A stretch of DNA of 64,000 nucleotides, taken from positions 124,001-188,000 of the forward strand of contig JAPETS010000015.1 in NCBI GenBank assembly GCA_026023565.1. Direction: 5' to 3'. Below, one piece after another: positions 37,978 to 49,838 of this stretch. The position numbers and the translations under genes are program-made. The notes under the pieces are model-generated. The model searched no databases. It was not told where the DNA came from and worked only from the letters and a program-made list of their open reading frames with translations. Position 1 is the stretch's first letter; the number at the start of each line of letters is the position of its first letter. Source of the DNA: Cirrosporium novae-zelandiae. Lineage: Eukaryota.

Positions 37978-39206
37978 GTGTGTGTGTACTCATCTTCGCA
38001 GTCCAACTTCTTCAAATAAAGAACAACCAAAAAAAGCAAGCAAGCGAATTCTCTAGGTACTCAAAAGGAACCCACGCGTGACCACCAATTTTCTTTCCTC
38101 CTCCTTTTTGTTTTTCCCACTCTCTAAACATCCTTCTTATAATTATTTTTTACCGTGTAAAACTAGCCCCCCTCAACCATAAATTCTAGCACTTATAATT
38201 TTTTTATAATCAAAGCTACCTCCCTCACCACCAACCCCCTCCTCAATCCAATCCAACCCAAAAAAAAACCAGCATGATTAATCCACTCTTACTAGCGCTC
38301 ACACCCTAAGAAATATTTAAAAGGTCCCCCCACCACGCTACGGCCTCTTCCCCAAGAAGAAGAGTTCGTGCTTGACCCTAAGGATGGTAGGGAAGGAGAG
38401 AACTAAGCATACCATTGTAGCCCGTCCATCGAATATACATCTAAGCTTGATCAGCATGTGGGTTTCTTACCACCCTTGCCCACATTCTCATCTCATCTAC
38501 CCGAGCACCGATCATAAAAATGCAAATCCACAAGTACAAAAACCATCATCATAACCCCGCCACCACCGCTATTCAGCCCAACACCAACCTAGCCATCCTA
38601 AGCTACGTAGGGAAAGTGGGGATTACAATCATATTTAAGAACTACTTACTTATTTACTTTACTTACTTTACTTACTATACAGAATTAAACTTGGTTTGAA
38701 GCTAGGGATGTTAGAGAAAGTGATACAATTATGTTGTTTTTTGTTTTTGTTTTTAGCTAATTTGCAATATGGGTTCTTGGGTTGGTTGAGTTAGTAGGTA
38801 TGGGTGTTAGGGTATAGGGGGGTGTGGTTTGAGTTAGATGGGGTGTAAGGTATGGTATGGTATATTAGTTGGAATATGAAAATAACTTTAAAAATAACTT
38901 GATTGTTTAGCAGTAGTAGCAGCGAGAGGGGTGGGTTTAATAAGGGTATACTGTACTTTGTTACTGTTATTAAAAAGTTCGCTCATCAGGTTATATTTAT
39001 TGCTTCATTGAAATTAAATCCTATCATAAAACTCATAAAAAAGCTAACGACGGCGGCAACCGTTCTCCATTTCTCGTCGTCAGTCTCAAAAAAAAGCCTA
39101 TAGTTCGTAAATAAGGGCACATTTTTATATAAAAGTGAGGGTGTCCTTTTGCATTCCAGAGCAGGGCTTATGATTAATCATGCCATACCCGCCGTAAACG
39201 AGATTG

Positions 39207-40521
39207 TTATAACTCATCGTCTTCATCTTCGGTGGATTCTGCAGTCGTAGATGCACCACCCTCGTTGACTTCGGGTGCCCTTGCTTCTACTGTTTCCTCT
39301 TCAGGAGTCTTTTGTTTTCCTCCCCGTCGTCTGGCAAATGGTAGTTCTCTTCTTGGTGGTATGCTCTCCGTGTTCGCTTGGTTCTTTTTCTCTCTGCTGA
39401 TAGTAGGGCTGATAGCTTTGCCTTTCTGTTTGACGTCTGGATTCTTAAACTTAAAAACTGCTTTTCTATCTAGACCTTCGTCTTCGTCTTCATCTTCTGT
39501 AGTGTCAAGGTCGGATTTATCAGGAGTCGATGGACCATCAGAGTCATCTTCGGTAACATTCTCGGCTTGCCTGTTGTTGTTACTGCTGTTGTTGTCATCG
39601 CGACGATCTACGTCCATGGTTTCAAAATCGGACTCGTCTGATGTTGACGGCGTAGAAGGCTCTTTCCTCGCTTTGCGTTTAGAAGATCTGCTTGGTAGTG
39701 GATCATGCGCCGTTTCATGTCCTCTAGAGGCCTTTAGCTGACTAGCTTTTGACACATCCACCCTCGCCCCTGTTAGTAATCTCTGTTGGTCCCGTATCTT
39801 GAGCTTCTTGGCGTTGAGAAGCTCTTGGAATTTCGCCAGCATGGCATTCTCGTGCTCTTCTTTGGCTGTAATAAAGCCTTGAAGCTGCTGGTCTAACTTT
39901 GTGGCTCGAGCTTGAGCTTGTTCGACTTTGGTAGATAGATGTAATATGTCGCTCTCGAGCGTGGTCCGCGAATCAAGGGCTAAGCCGCACCAGGCCATTA
40001 GATCAATGTCTTCCTCATCATCTTGCCCCAGATGTATTTCGGCGACTCGTTGCTTTGGGGGGTTTCTGTTAGCACGTGACCCAAGGTCGTGGAATCCCAA
40101 ACATACAGTTATACCCTCAAAGCATTTTCGCACACTGATGGACAGTCTTTCATTTTCAATATCGGCCGTGACTTTCAACTCCCCCATACTTATTCCGCCC
40201 ACTTTCTGTCGAAGGAACACTAGACGGATAATATTCCCAAGCTCCTCATCATCACCATGATATGCAGGCGAACGCAACTTATGGAGATCTCTTTGTCTCA
40301 CTTTCCAGGTCAGTTACAGTTGCTAGTAGATGTATATTTACTAAGACTAAGGGAGATTATATAAGCTTACCTCTACCAACATAGGGATGCTCTTGTTCCG
40401 TCCCAACCAACTTCAGATCTAAGAATTCGGATGAAGAAGCTTTGGTTGACTTGATATTTAATAAAATGAAGGTCTCTGGGTCATTGGACCTGGGAATCTT
40501 GATGACTTGCTCAGAATTCAT
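39207..40521 (-). CDS. XRCC4: XRCC4-like NHEJ ligase IV cofactor
   Basis: Exon 1 from ATG 40521 (..LDLKLVGTEQEHPY), intron, then head domain (ISVRK, RVAEIHL, IDLMAWC), coiled coil with MLAKFQELLNAKKLKIRDQQRLL, and an acidic tail. Confidence 0.8.
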
Positions 40522-41134
40522 AATGACGGTTATGATCAATCTGTTGTCTGTCTGTCTTTGTTGCTGTTTATGATGGGGGAGTTGATGTTATTCCAGAATC
40601 AGGCAGACAGCTTATCGTCGTAGGCTGCAGCAGCTATCAGACATTTGTCTCCCCAGCTCCCAGCAGCTCTCGAAAGCTCAGACGCGTCAAGGGTTAAATT
40701 AATTAATTAATTACTTAATAGGTCAAGTAAGTTAAGGGGATGGCGTACCCTTGCGCCCTTGGTCCCCTTGGTCCTTGGGCGGTCCTTGGGCGATGCTTCG
40801 GTGGTGCTTCGGTGGTCCTTTAGCGCGTGTTAGTCGTGCGCAGACCAGATTTCCCTGCCATTTCTCCACCCTGCAACCCACCAACTACCGCACTTCGTTT
40901 GCACTCCTCGTTTTGACCTCCATCTGATCCTCGTTACTTCAACTCAAAACCCATCCCAGCCTCTTACTTTACAATTTTTTCAACGAACCAACCTACTCAA
41001 CCCCTTACACCTCCGATCCACCACTGCATGCACGTACCTGCGACACATAATTGACGGTTCTCGATTTGGTAGACCGCAATACTCGTACTCCACCCTTCGA
41101 TCGAAGCTCCCAGTCAAACGGAAATGATTTCATT
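40522..41134. promoter_or_regulatory. Divergent promoter XRCC4-like / BYR4 with MCB-like ACGCGT
   Basis: Head-to-head genes; ACGCGT at 40682-40687; (TAAT)n run near 40700; short tandem repeats GGTCCTTGGGC x2 and TGCTTCGGTGG x2 at about 40770-40815. Confidence 0.5.
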
Positions 41135-44100
41135 ATGAAGCACCCAACAGAGGATATCGAGTGTTGGGACGACGACGTCGATTTCCAGGGATTAGATGAG
41201 CTGAATCTTCGATCCGCGTCGGCAGCAACATCCTTTACAAATGACACCTTTTCAGGCCACCGTGACTCTACCTCCTCCCGTCTATCTACACGATCGGATT
41301 CCATTGTTGGGGCAGATGAGGACTGGCAAGTCTTGCTAGCTGAAGACGAAGAGAAGGCGACAAAAGATGCGATAGCTTCGGCTAAAAGTGCTGGAATTCC
41401 ATTGCCCGCAAACATTCCCACATCTGCTCTGCTCGGCGGTACAATAAAGCGACTTGGTGGTCGGCGTCTAAAGAAAGCTTTCGGTGACGACTGGAGCGAG
41501 GACTTAGAGCTACCTGCGACCGAAGATGAGCTGAAGTTGAAAACCAATGAAGATATTGAGTTCCCCGAAACCTTGCGACATATTAGTGGAGGGTTTCCAG
41601 AGAGCCCGGACAAGACTCCAAGGGACGAAATAAATGAAGAGGACCTCCAGAAAACAATCAAAGCCTCAAATCCTATACTTGAAAAGCTCGATAAATATCG
41701 CGACGATGAAGATGGTGATGATCTTCTTGGCGACATACCTACGATCAAAGTAGCAAAATCTCGCACGCCACGCAGACCTCTCAACTTTGATTTATCACCA
41801 GCAGAACTAGAGAAACCTGCAGAGAAACCCACAGAGAAACACGCAAAGGAATTAGAGGACTTTGAGGAAGGCCTTGAGTTTCCAGATGACGACAAGCCTC
41901 TACAGCTATCAAAGCGCAAGGAAGTCCCTAAAACACCCGCACAGCCCCTGGACGACTTTGACCTTGAATGGGCAGAAGGCAGTTTAGGAACACGTTTTGG
42001 AGGTACAAAGCGCGACGGCCGATCAAACCGCAGTTCATCAGCCTCGGCTTTCAGTCCCAGCATGTCAAGTTGTTTGACCGCAGAGAGCGAAGACGAAGGC
42101 CTAGATGGTCTCGTCCTTCCTGATGGTCCTTTGAAGCTTGACGACCATCTCAAAAAACAGAAAGAGCAGCAGTTGCCTGATCCAACAAACTACTCTGGCG
42201 ATAAACATGCACAAAAACGTGCTCAGGCGAAAGAAGACTTTTTCTCAGGCCTTGAAATCGGCGACAGAGACATTTTCGACTCGAAAAAGCTTACTCTCAA
42301 TAAGAATATCAAGGTCAAATCTTCCCCAAGACCAGAAAGTCCAGCGAGGAGGACTGCAATTAGCCTTACATATACAAATAAATCGCAATCTATTTCGTCG
42401 CATCCAACCCTCACACGCATACCACGACTCCCAGCTCATGAGCGGCCACACTCAGTTCTTGAACCTGTTTCAGAAAGTGGTGGACCGATCGCGAAATATC
42501 GCAGATCGCAGTCACGATTAGGAACCCATTCAGCGGCCTCATCGCTCTCGGGTATTCCACTACCAAGCCTTCAGCCCGCTTCTACCACATCACCCAAACG
42601 CATAGGCTTACCTTCCAGAAACTCAACCGACAATATCCGCAACGAACCATATACCACCAATGCTCAGCTTCTCAAAGCACAGCGTTCACTACCTGCACTG
42701 CGATCTCCCATACGAACCCAGTATCCCCGGCCTCCTTCCAGAATAGAGTCTGGTAGTAGAAATGCATATTCCCGGCCCAAAACCCCTGTTGATCGCTCGG
42801 GCGCAGATTCCAGCCTTGGAAGTACTCGGAGACCACCAGTACCTTTTCTACCTCCTGGTAGCAGTACTTCCCATTCTCAGCATAAGCCCAGCAAATCCAG
42901 CCGTCATGTTCATGCACCATCAAACGAAAGCTTCTCTTTTCGTTCCGCCTCTCGTTTATCCACTGGCCTACGATCAGAAACACCCACCTGTGGCCGAGCT
43001 CCAGAGTCCTTAGCAAGAGAGGCCGCTACGAAGAGAACTATTACTAAGCCTTCACGACGTCGAAACTTTGGGGATGGATCTGAACTTGAAATATTTGATG
43101 ACCTACCAACATCTGCAACTCTCGAAAGCAAGTATGTCAAGCAACCAGTTGCAAAAGGACTTCCAAAATCTATACGGCATAGACCTACAATATCTCATTT
43201 ACCCACAATATCCCATCTACCTACACCAACCAGAACGGAATCTCCCCAGCCGTTGGCCGCTGCATTCAGTCCAACTAGGCAAAGTTTTACGCCCCATTTC
43301 GCACGAGATACAAATGCGTCAAGAATGGCTCGAGAGCAACGTATCGCTTCAATTAGCAACAATTTGAAGGACCGAGAAAGTGGCACTCTTTTACCAATAA
43401 ACTCTAACGTGAAAATGCAGAGCGCGATGGGAAAATTAAGTGGTCAAAATCCAAACATCGTCAGACAAAAGAGAGCAAGAGTAGCAGGAGGAATGCACAG
43501 CCCAAAGCCACAACTCATCAAACCGATGGGCTCTGGCGTTCAAGAATCAAAGAGTAAGCATCTACTTTCTACCTTCATTTCGTGAAACTGACACAGCTCT
43601 CCAGCCGTGAAGGGAATGCGCTATAACCCCAACCTCTATCGTTGGGAAGGCAATGACTCGGCTCTTAGCATCTTCAACCAGCATCATTATCACTCCCGCA
43701 CAGTCAGCAACCCCCGCATACCTTCTCCCATTACCCTTCGTTCCCCCAAAGCTGCACCCGCTCTCATCACAAATCCTGGCGGCGCAGCCCTATCTGGCGT
43801 TCAGGTTGTTGGCGGTATGGTATTCGATCCTCAGCGAATGTGCTGGCTGAAAATGGCACCTTCCCATTCCAGACATTCGCGCTCGAGAACAACTGGTAGC
43901 ACAGGGGCAAGCATCGTCACGCCCCAGAGTCTCGCAGATGAAGACGAAGAGGATGTTTTTGCTGGGTTAGACGACCTAGAAGAGGGGTTTGTGGCTAGAC
44001 GAAGAACTCATGGAGGCGCGAGGCCTAGCATGGGCAGCGGGGCCGCACCAGGAGGCAGTGGATATAGCCCTAAACGACCTAGTTCGAAGGGACAATCCAG

Positions 44101-44482
44101 CAATTCCGCTTCCGTGTCTGTGCCTGTGTCTGTCACAGCTTCTCCTCCTCCAACCAGTAGAAAACGGCCACTTTCTCCTCACTCAGTCGAAGAAGAAAAT
44201 GAAAGAGGAAGCATTGACCAAGAGAAAGATAATGGAAGTGGAAGTCTTGAAGAAGAAGGCGAACATAACGATTCTTCTGCTTCAGACAGTCTCCTTGACA
44301 CCGACTGGCTTGTGGGCGAGGAGTTTGACGTCGGTCCCGAATTTGTTCGACGCCAGCGTGTGGAGGAAGAAAGATGGAAACGAAAAGTGGGAAGATGGAC
44401 GAGGGACAGAAGGCTAGAGGAGGAAGAAGAGTTGAGATGGGGAATCAAGGATATGTTAGAGGGAATGAGAATGGTTTGGTGA
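41135..44482 (+). CDS. BYR4: Byr4/Bfa1-family septation-initiation-network GAP scaffold
   Basis: IECWDDD, ALLGGTIKRLGGR, FGDGSELEIFDDLPTS, KPQLIKPM; intron 43554-43604; then VKGMRYNPNLYRWEGND, VVGGMVFDPQRMCWLK, EEFDVGPEFVRRQ. Confidence 0.88.
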
Positions 44483-46652
44483 GTGAGCACCCAGAGAGGA
44501 TATCCATAAAAAGTGTGTATGATGGCGGTGGGTTATGATTCATGATTCACATCAAATGATGGATAATATCATTGCATAGATACTGGTATGTATGGGGATT
44601 TCACTGGTGGTATTGCGGAGGATGTGGAGGAGGGAATGGCTGCCATTATCCATTTTGAATACCCGACCGATAGCGTCATCCTAAGGTACTGTTACAAGCG
44701 TGAGGGGGATTATTTCATGTCTTTTCTTCTTTCTACTTCCTCATTTTCCTCATCAAATACCTTCGAATCCGGCGGGTAGGCGTCGGTCCGGTTCGGGGTT
44801 CGGTTTCGGGTATTTTCCTCCTTCCGGAAACAGTGATGAGGCCACGACGACTACTATTAACGATTTGGGAACCATTATCATTTTTTAATGTTGTGTGACC
44901 CTTATTTCTTGTGGTTTGTGGACAAAATGCTGGCTAGCTAATTAAGCTACTACGCTACTACCTGCTATTGCTATTGCATACATAATGAAGGAAGAAGTGT
45001 GTTTTATTTTTTATTTTTTTTATTTTTTTATTTTTTAAAAACTCTCTCAATATGAAAAAAGGGGAAGAGGAAGGGGAGATGGAGGGGGGTGGTTGGGGTG
45101 TGAATTTTTTTCGGTGGCGGTGGTGGTGGTTTTTTATAGATTGTAATAATAGTTTACGGTTTTACGGTTTACGTTTTTTTTTATGATGGTGATTGTGATG
45201 TGGATGGGTTATGGTTTATGATTGCTATGGTGATTGATGATGGTACATGCCTGTGAATGCCGTAACGTGCATGATATTGATGCCTCGATGATGTGATATG
45301 ACACTTATGAGCTTTCGTTGGTGATGAATAGATATCTGGACGGAAGAAATATTTTTTTGAGTTCCTTGTTTCCTTTGATTATGGGTTGTTACATAATTAT
45401 TAATTGTCATCGTCTTTAGCTAGTTAGTTTGGTCTTGGTTTTTTATGTACTTCGTATATACGTACGTATTTAACCCAAGTACTTATTCATTTAGTGTGTA
45501 ATGTATAATTATTGGGCAGGTTTAATACTATGGTAGACTAATTGGTATTTACTAGATGTATACGAAAGTAATGAGCCCCCTTTTTACTATACTTATGGAG
45601 ACAAATCGGATCGGATCAACTAGGAGGTTAGGTAGGAACGTTAGGAGTAGGAGGCTGCCTAAATGGAACTATGGAAACGAGACAAACCCCGCCCCCTGAA
45701 TACGGAGGGATGTTTGTATGTGTGTGTGTGTGCTAATACAAGAGTTATGTACTTGTATGTAACTAAATATACTTACAAAACCAGTAGCTCAGTACTGATA
45801 GGGTTATTGTCATGGTTATCGTGATACACGACAACTATTCTCTCACAACTTTATATATATATATACATTTCTGTTTTTAAAAATATGATATTTCATTAAT
45901 TAGCCATTTATTTTTTCCTGCCTTTCTTTTGAAACTATCCTTCGTATTAGCATAGTTTCGTATTCATTAATTTATTCACTGACCCATTTTTTACTTTGCC
46001 TGGAATCTTTTTTTTGCTTGTAGGTGTTATCTCGGTTCATTCTTAATTCACGCTCTCGTTTACTTTGGTTCGATCATTATGCTATGTCATGTTTATCTTT
46101 AGCTAAGGGTGGCTTAACTTATGAGCATGAACATGAATCTAGATACTTTGGAGGGGGCAAAAGGCACCGTTAGACGGAACGGATGCGCCATATATGAACA
46201 ATGAGGTTGATATTCATCTAAAAAGGAGCTTTGACGGGTAAGGAAAGAAATCCAGGATTCACCCTCGATGCAAGACTGCTCTTGCAAATTGTGACAGTAG
46301 GCTTGGCCTCTTCTTGAAGTCTTTGGCAATATAGGTGAGGATGGTGGGGGGCGGTTTAAGAAAAAAAATAAAGGGCGTTAGACAGAGACAGAAAAAAACT
46401 AGAAAATATTGAGAAGATCATGAAATATCTTAGCAGGAGATCTTAAGAAAATTTCTAAATTTTTTTTTAGAAAATGAATTGGAGGGTTTGTGAGAGATGT
46501 TTCATCTTGTAACTATAGCCTGTAAGGGATGGGATGTAATGGATATTTTTTCTTTCTTTCTTTGAGAAATAGGATGAACCTCTCAGAGCCTTTATTATTT
46601 GCGTAAGACTAAGTTGTTGGTTCAGAACAAAATGGTTGATAGTGCTTGAGTT

Positions 46653-46676
46653 ACCTACCTAGGTACCTAGGTAGGT
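46653..46676. repeat. Perfect 24-bp palindrome ACCTACCTAGGTACCTAGGTAGGT
   Basis: Self-reverse-complementary by direct inspection. Confidence 0.9.
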
Positions 46677-48115
46677 TACTTGAACAGCTCCTTTATATAA
46701 AAATGCCAAGATATATATCTCTCTTTCAACGCTGGCACGGACGTTATTGTGGTCTGTGATCATTTCTTTAAATTTAAGCTCAAGGCTCGTCTTAGCATTC
46801 AACGATGATGGACAATGTTGTTGAAAATATATGCTTGGGGACTAAAGTGGGAGAGGAGGATAATCCCTTAGCATGGGATAAATACCTTCCTAGTCATATT
46901 GGATTATGTAAAATTTGATATATTCTTTATATGCACCTTCTACTTATTTATATATGCTAGCTCATCAGTATAACCGTACTGTCTAACCGCGCCTAGAGAA
47001 CTCTTGCTCGGTATATTTAAGAGATTGTCTATGAAGACCTTCTTTCGGTGCGGGTTTCTAGACAGTTTAGGGCCTGTTGTGATCTGTTGGAATGGAACCC
47101 CCAAAACCCACGGTGACTCTACTTCTGGCACAGCAGTATTGGAAAGCTATTTCCAAATATGATGCCGAGACTGACGACTAAGTAGAAATTATTGATTCTT
47201 TCCAGTGTATATAGAATATGACCTGTCCCATCCTAATGTAAACGAAGTAGAAATGAAAAAAAAAAAAAAAACCTCACATTTAGATCATCCTTCTCCATCC
47301 TCAGCTCCTAATATTTCAGGATAATAGTACGGTCCAAATTCATCAAAGGGTGAAAACGTCTCTTCAAGAGGGGATGAAGTCTTGCTAACATGACAATCAG
47401 ACATTTCTGCCTCCACTGGCACATGTAGGTGTTCCCTAGGCTCTTTTTTTTAAAAAAAGGGATAGGTTTTAATTCACCATAACACCTGTTTCTTATATGT
47501 GGGCTCTCTCCCACACATTCCTCCCTCTTTAACTTGCTGCTCGCATTTTGGCATAGGCCCTAGTATGGGATCCTTCCATCTTGTGAAAATGGACGTCAAC
47601 GAAGTGAACTTGCTGGCGGCTATAAAAGCTACCTAGGGAAACAGTGCAAAGAATCTGTGGACCTACACATCTCAAGCCATTCTTCCTTTAATTTTAGAGG
47701 GACAAGGAATATAAAGCATAGCTGTCGTTGTTGCCCACCAGTTCATTAGAACTCGGATTGTGTTTTGTCAAGCACTCGCTATTTTTGAAGGGTTGTCTTT
47801 TCTTATTCATACCCACGAAGAGCTAATTAATAATAATTCGGATTGCAGTCGAGAGTAAATAATATAATTATGTTCATGGCTTGAATGGGCTTACAGGACA
47901 AGTTGCAGGGGAATGGCGGGCAGAAATGCGTCAATTCACTCTACAGCCGACCAACTATTTCCAAATTTGGTTGATCGACTCCGCCGCTTCAACAACCAGG
48001 GAAACGGCCTATCAACCTCAACCTTCATGTGATATCGCGGATTCGAGAGACCATCGATACCCATAGTAAACGCGTCTGAAAGCTCTTTGCTTCAGTCAGA
48101 ATATAAATTAAAGAC

Positions 48116-49493
48116 ATGGAGGATGTCGGTCTCCAACAATTTGCTCCTTCTGCCTTTAGAGCAACTCATCCCACCGCGCTTCAACAATTTCCCCACACAT
48201 ACCCGTCAGCAACCCTCGCATCCCATCTTGGGGCCGATTTCGAAGACCATGCCCTTCAAGGTTTCTCTGCTGCCGATCTGAGTGACCTATCCGCCGCTCC
48301 CCAATTACAGCAACCTTCCTTCCAACCTCGACCTGTTCCACCCCATCCACCCCAACACCCCCCCTCACGAGCACCTCCCCAGATCAATAGTCACCACCAA
48401 CAACCTTCTGGCCACAACGGCTATAAGCAACCAGGGGGGGGCCTATTTGGAGTCCTAACACCACGACCAGGCCGTGCTCCATTATCATATCAGCCCCCTC
48501 TTTCCCAAGCATCCATCCAAAACCAAATCCAAATCCATAATCAAATTCCAAATCAATCGCAACCGCAACACAATGCCATTGCTCGACTTCAAGCAGAGCA
48601 GCAACAGGAGTTTTCCGCTCCGGGTCCTGTTGACCAGACCCCGGAGAAAGTTGATAGCCATTTTAGTAATCTGAAACTTATACAAAATCCGCCTAACCTA
48701 CAAGAATGGAGGGAGAAACTATTTCATGTGGATGATACAATTGTTCTTAGCGAAGACGAGTTAGTACCTGTTTCTTTGCCTCTATTATTCTGTGGGCTAT
48801 GACCATCAGGCTATGCTAGGTGCTGAAAGAAGTAGACAAGATACTTGAGGAGTTGTTTGGTGGTTTTGGACCTATATCTACATGGAACGAACGAGTTTCT
48901 ATCAAGCTTCGGCTAACAGCTCCTGGATCTCTAGATTTAATACCTACTTTCCTCATGTCGATAATGTCTACTCGCATCGGTCAACCCAAAGATACAAACG
49001 GAAGCCGTTCATCTCGCATTACTGGGATTGTCGTCTCAAAGGCCGTCCCCCAGGCACTCCTAAATCAGATGACCCTACCAAGAAAAAGCGAAAACGAACG
49101 GCCCGGGAGCGTGATCTTTGCGATGTTAAGATAAAAATTACCGAGTACTTCCCTGTCATGTCTCCCGAATACGCGGCAGCAGTACAGTCAGGGCCTGTAG
49201 ACGGTAACCCGGCAAGCAATTTCTTTGCACCGGATCAGATCGGTGCTCCGGCTACTGGACAGCCACAAATCCTCGGGGTGCTGGCGCCAGGAGGAAACTT
49301 GCCTCCGGGTCATCCGGGAGCGACAGGGGCGAGATATTACACGATTCAGCGTGTCAATGGCAATGGAGCGAATGGGAAGGCAGACGGCACGGCGGGTCCA
49401 CATAAACACACGTTGGACGAGAGCGACCGAGTAAAGAAAAATAGTGTCCAAAGACACTTCATGAAAGAAGAGAAAGAGAAACGAAAGACGCAG
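48116..49493 (+). CDS. Q/P-rich protein with WRKY/GCM1-superfamily-like zinc DNA-binding domain (5' module of TF-GST locus)
   Basis: Exon 48116-48759, intron 48760-48934, exon 48935-49493. SHYWDCRLKG...KKKRKRTARERDLCDVKIKI...YTIQR...HKHTLDESD gives a C..C..HxH pattern with a basic insert. Stops at 49541 if the next intron is retained. Confidence 0.75.
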
Positions 49494-49838
49494 GTACGTG
49501 ATATTTTAGTATTTGGTTTTGTATCTCGTGATTGGGTATGAAAGGATGCAAAAGATGATGCGAAATAAGCGAAGGGTGAGGGCGGCAAGGGAAAGGGACC
49601 AGATATTCCCCCCATTCCCCCCCATTTTCCCCATTTTCTAATCACTTAAACGTCATATTGCACCTCTGCGTTGTCCATCGTTGTCATACACAAGAGGTGC
49701 TAAGATCAAAGATGCATCATAATAACGCTTTCGCGATGGCGGTCCTTTTTATTGCCCCTGCTCTTCCTCCACTCTCCCTCCTCGACTCTTACTATTAAAC
49801 CCCATCGTAACTCTTTCAATTCTGCAAGCAATATCAAA

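Noticed and set aside
38320..38626. Firm call of RNase P or MRP RNA next to RPP40
   Set aside because: No P3 hairpin before the putative CR-I, and CR-I/CR-V consensus residues mismatch; kept only as an unassigned structured candidate.
39232..39741. 169-aa antisense ORF over XRCC4-like gene (and similar shadows over SCD6, LIN1, UFD4)
   Set aside because: Codon mirror of low-complexity acidic or proline-rich sense sequence.
41005..42153. 382-aa antisense ORF over BYR4
   Set aside because: Ser-rich shadow of an acidic sense-strand coding region; no recognisable domain.
44588..46340. Short ORFs and splice-like signals downstream of BYR4
   Set aside because: Could not be joined into a consistent gene model; mostly low-complexity intergenic DNA.
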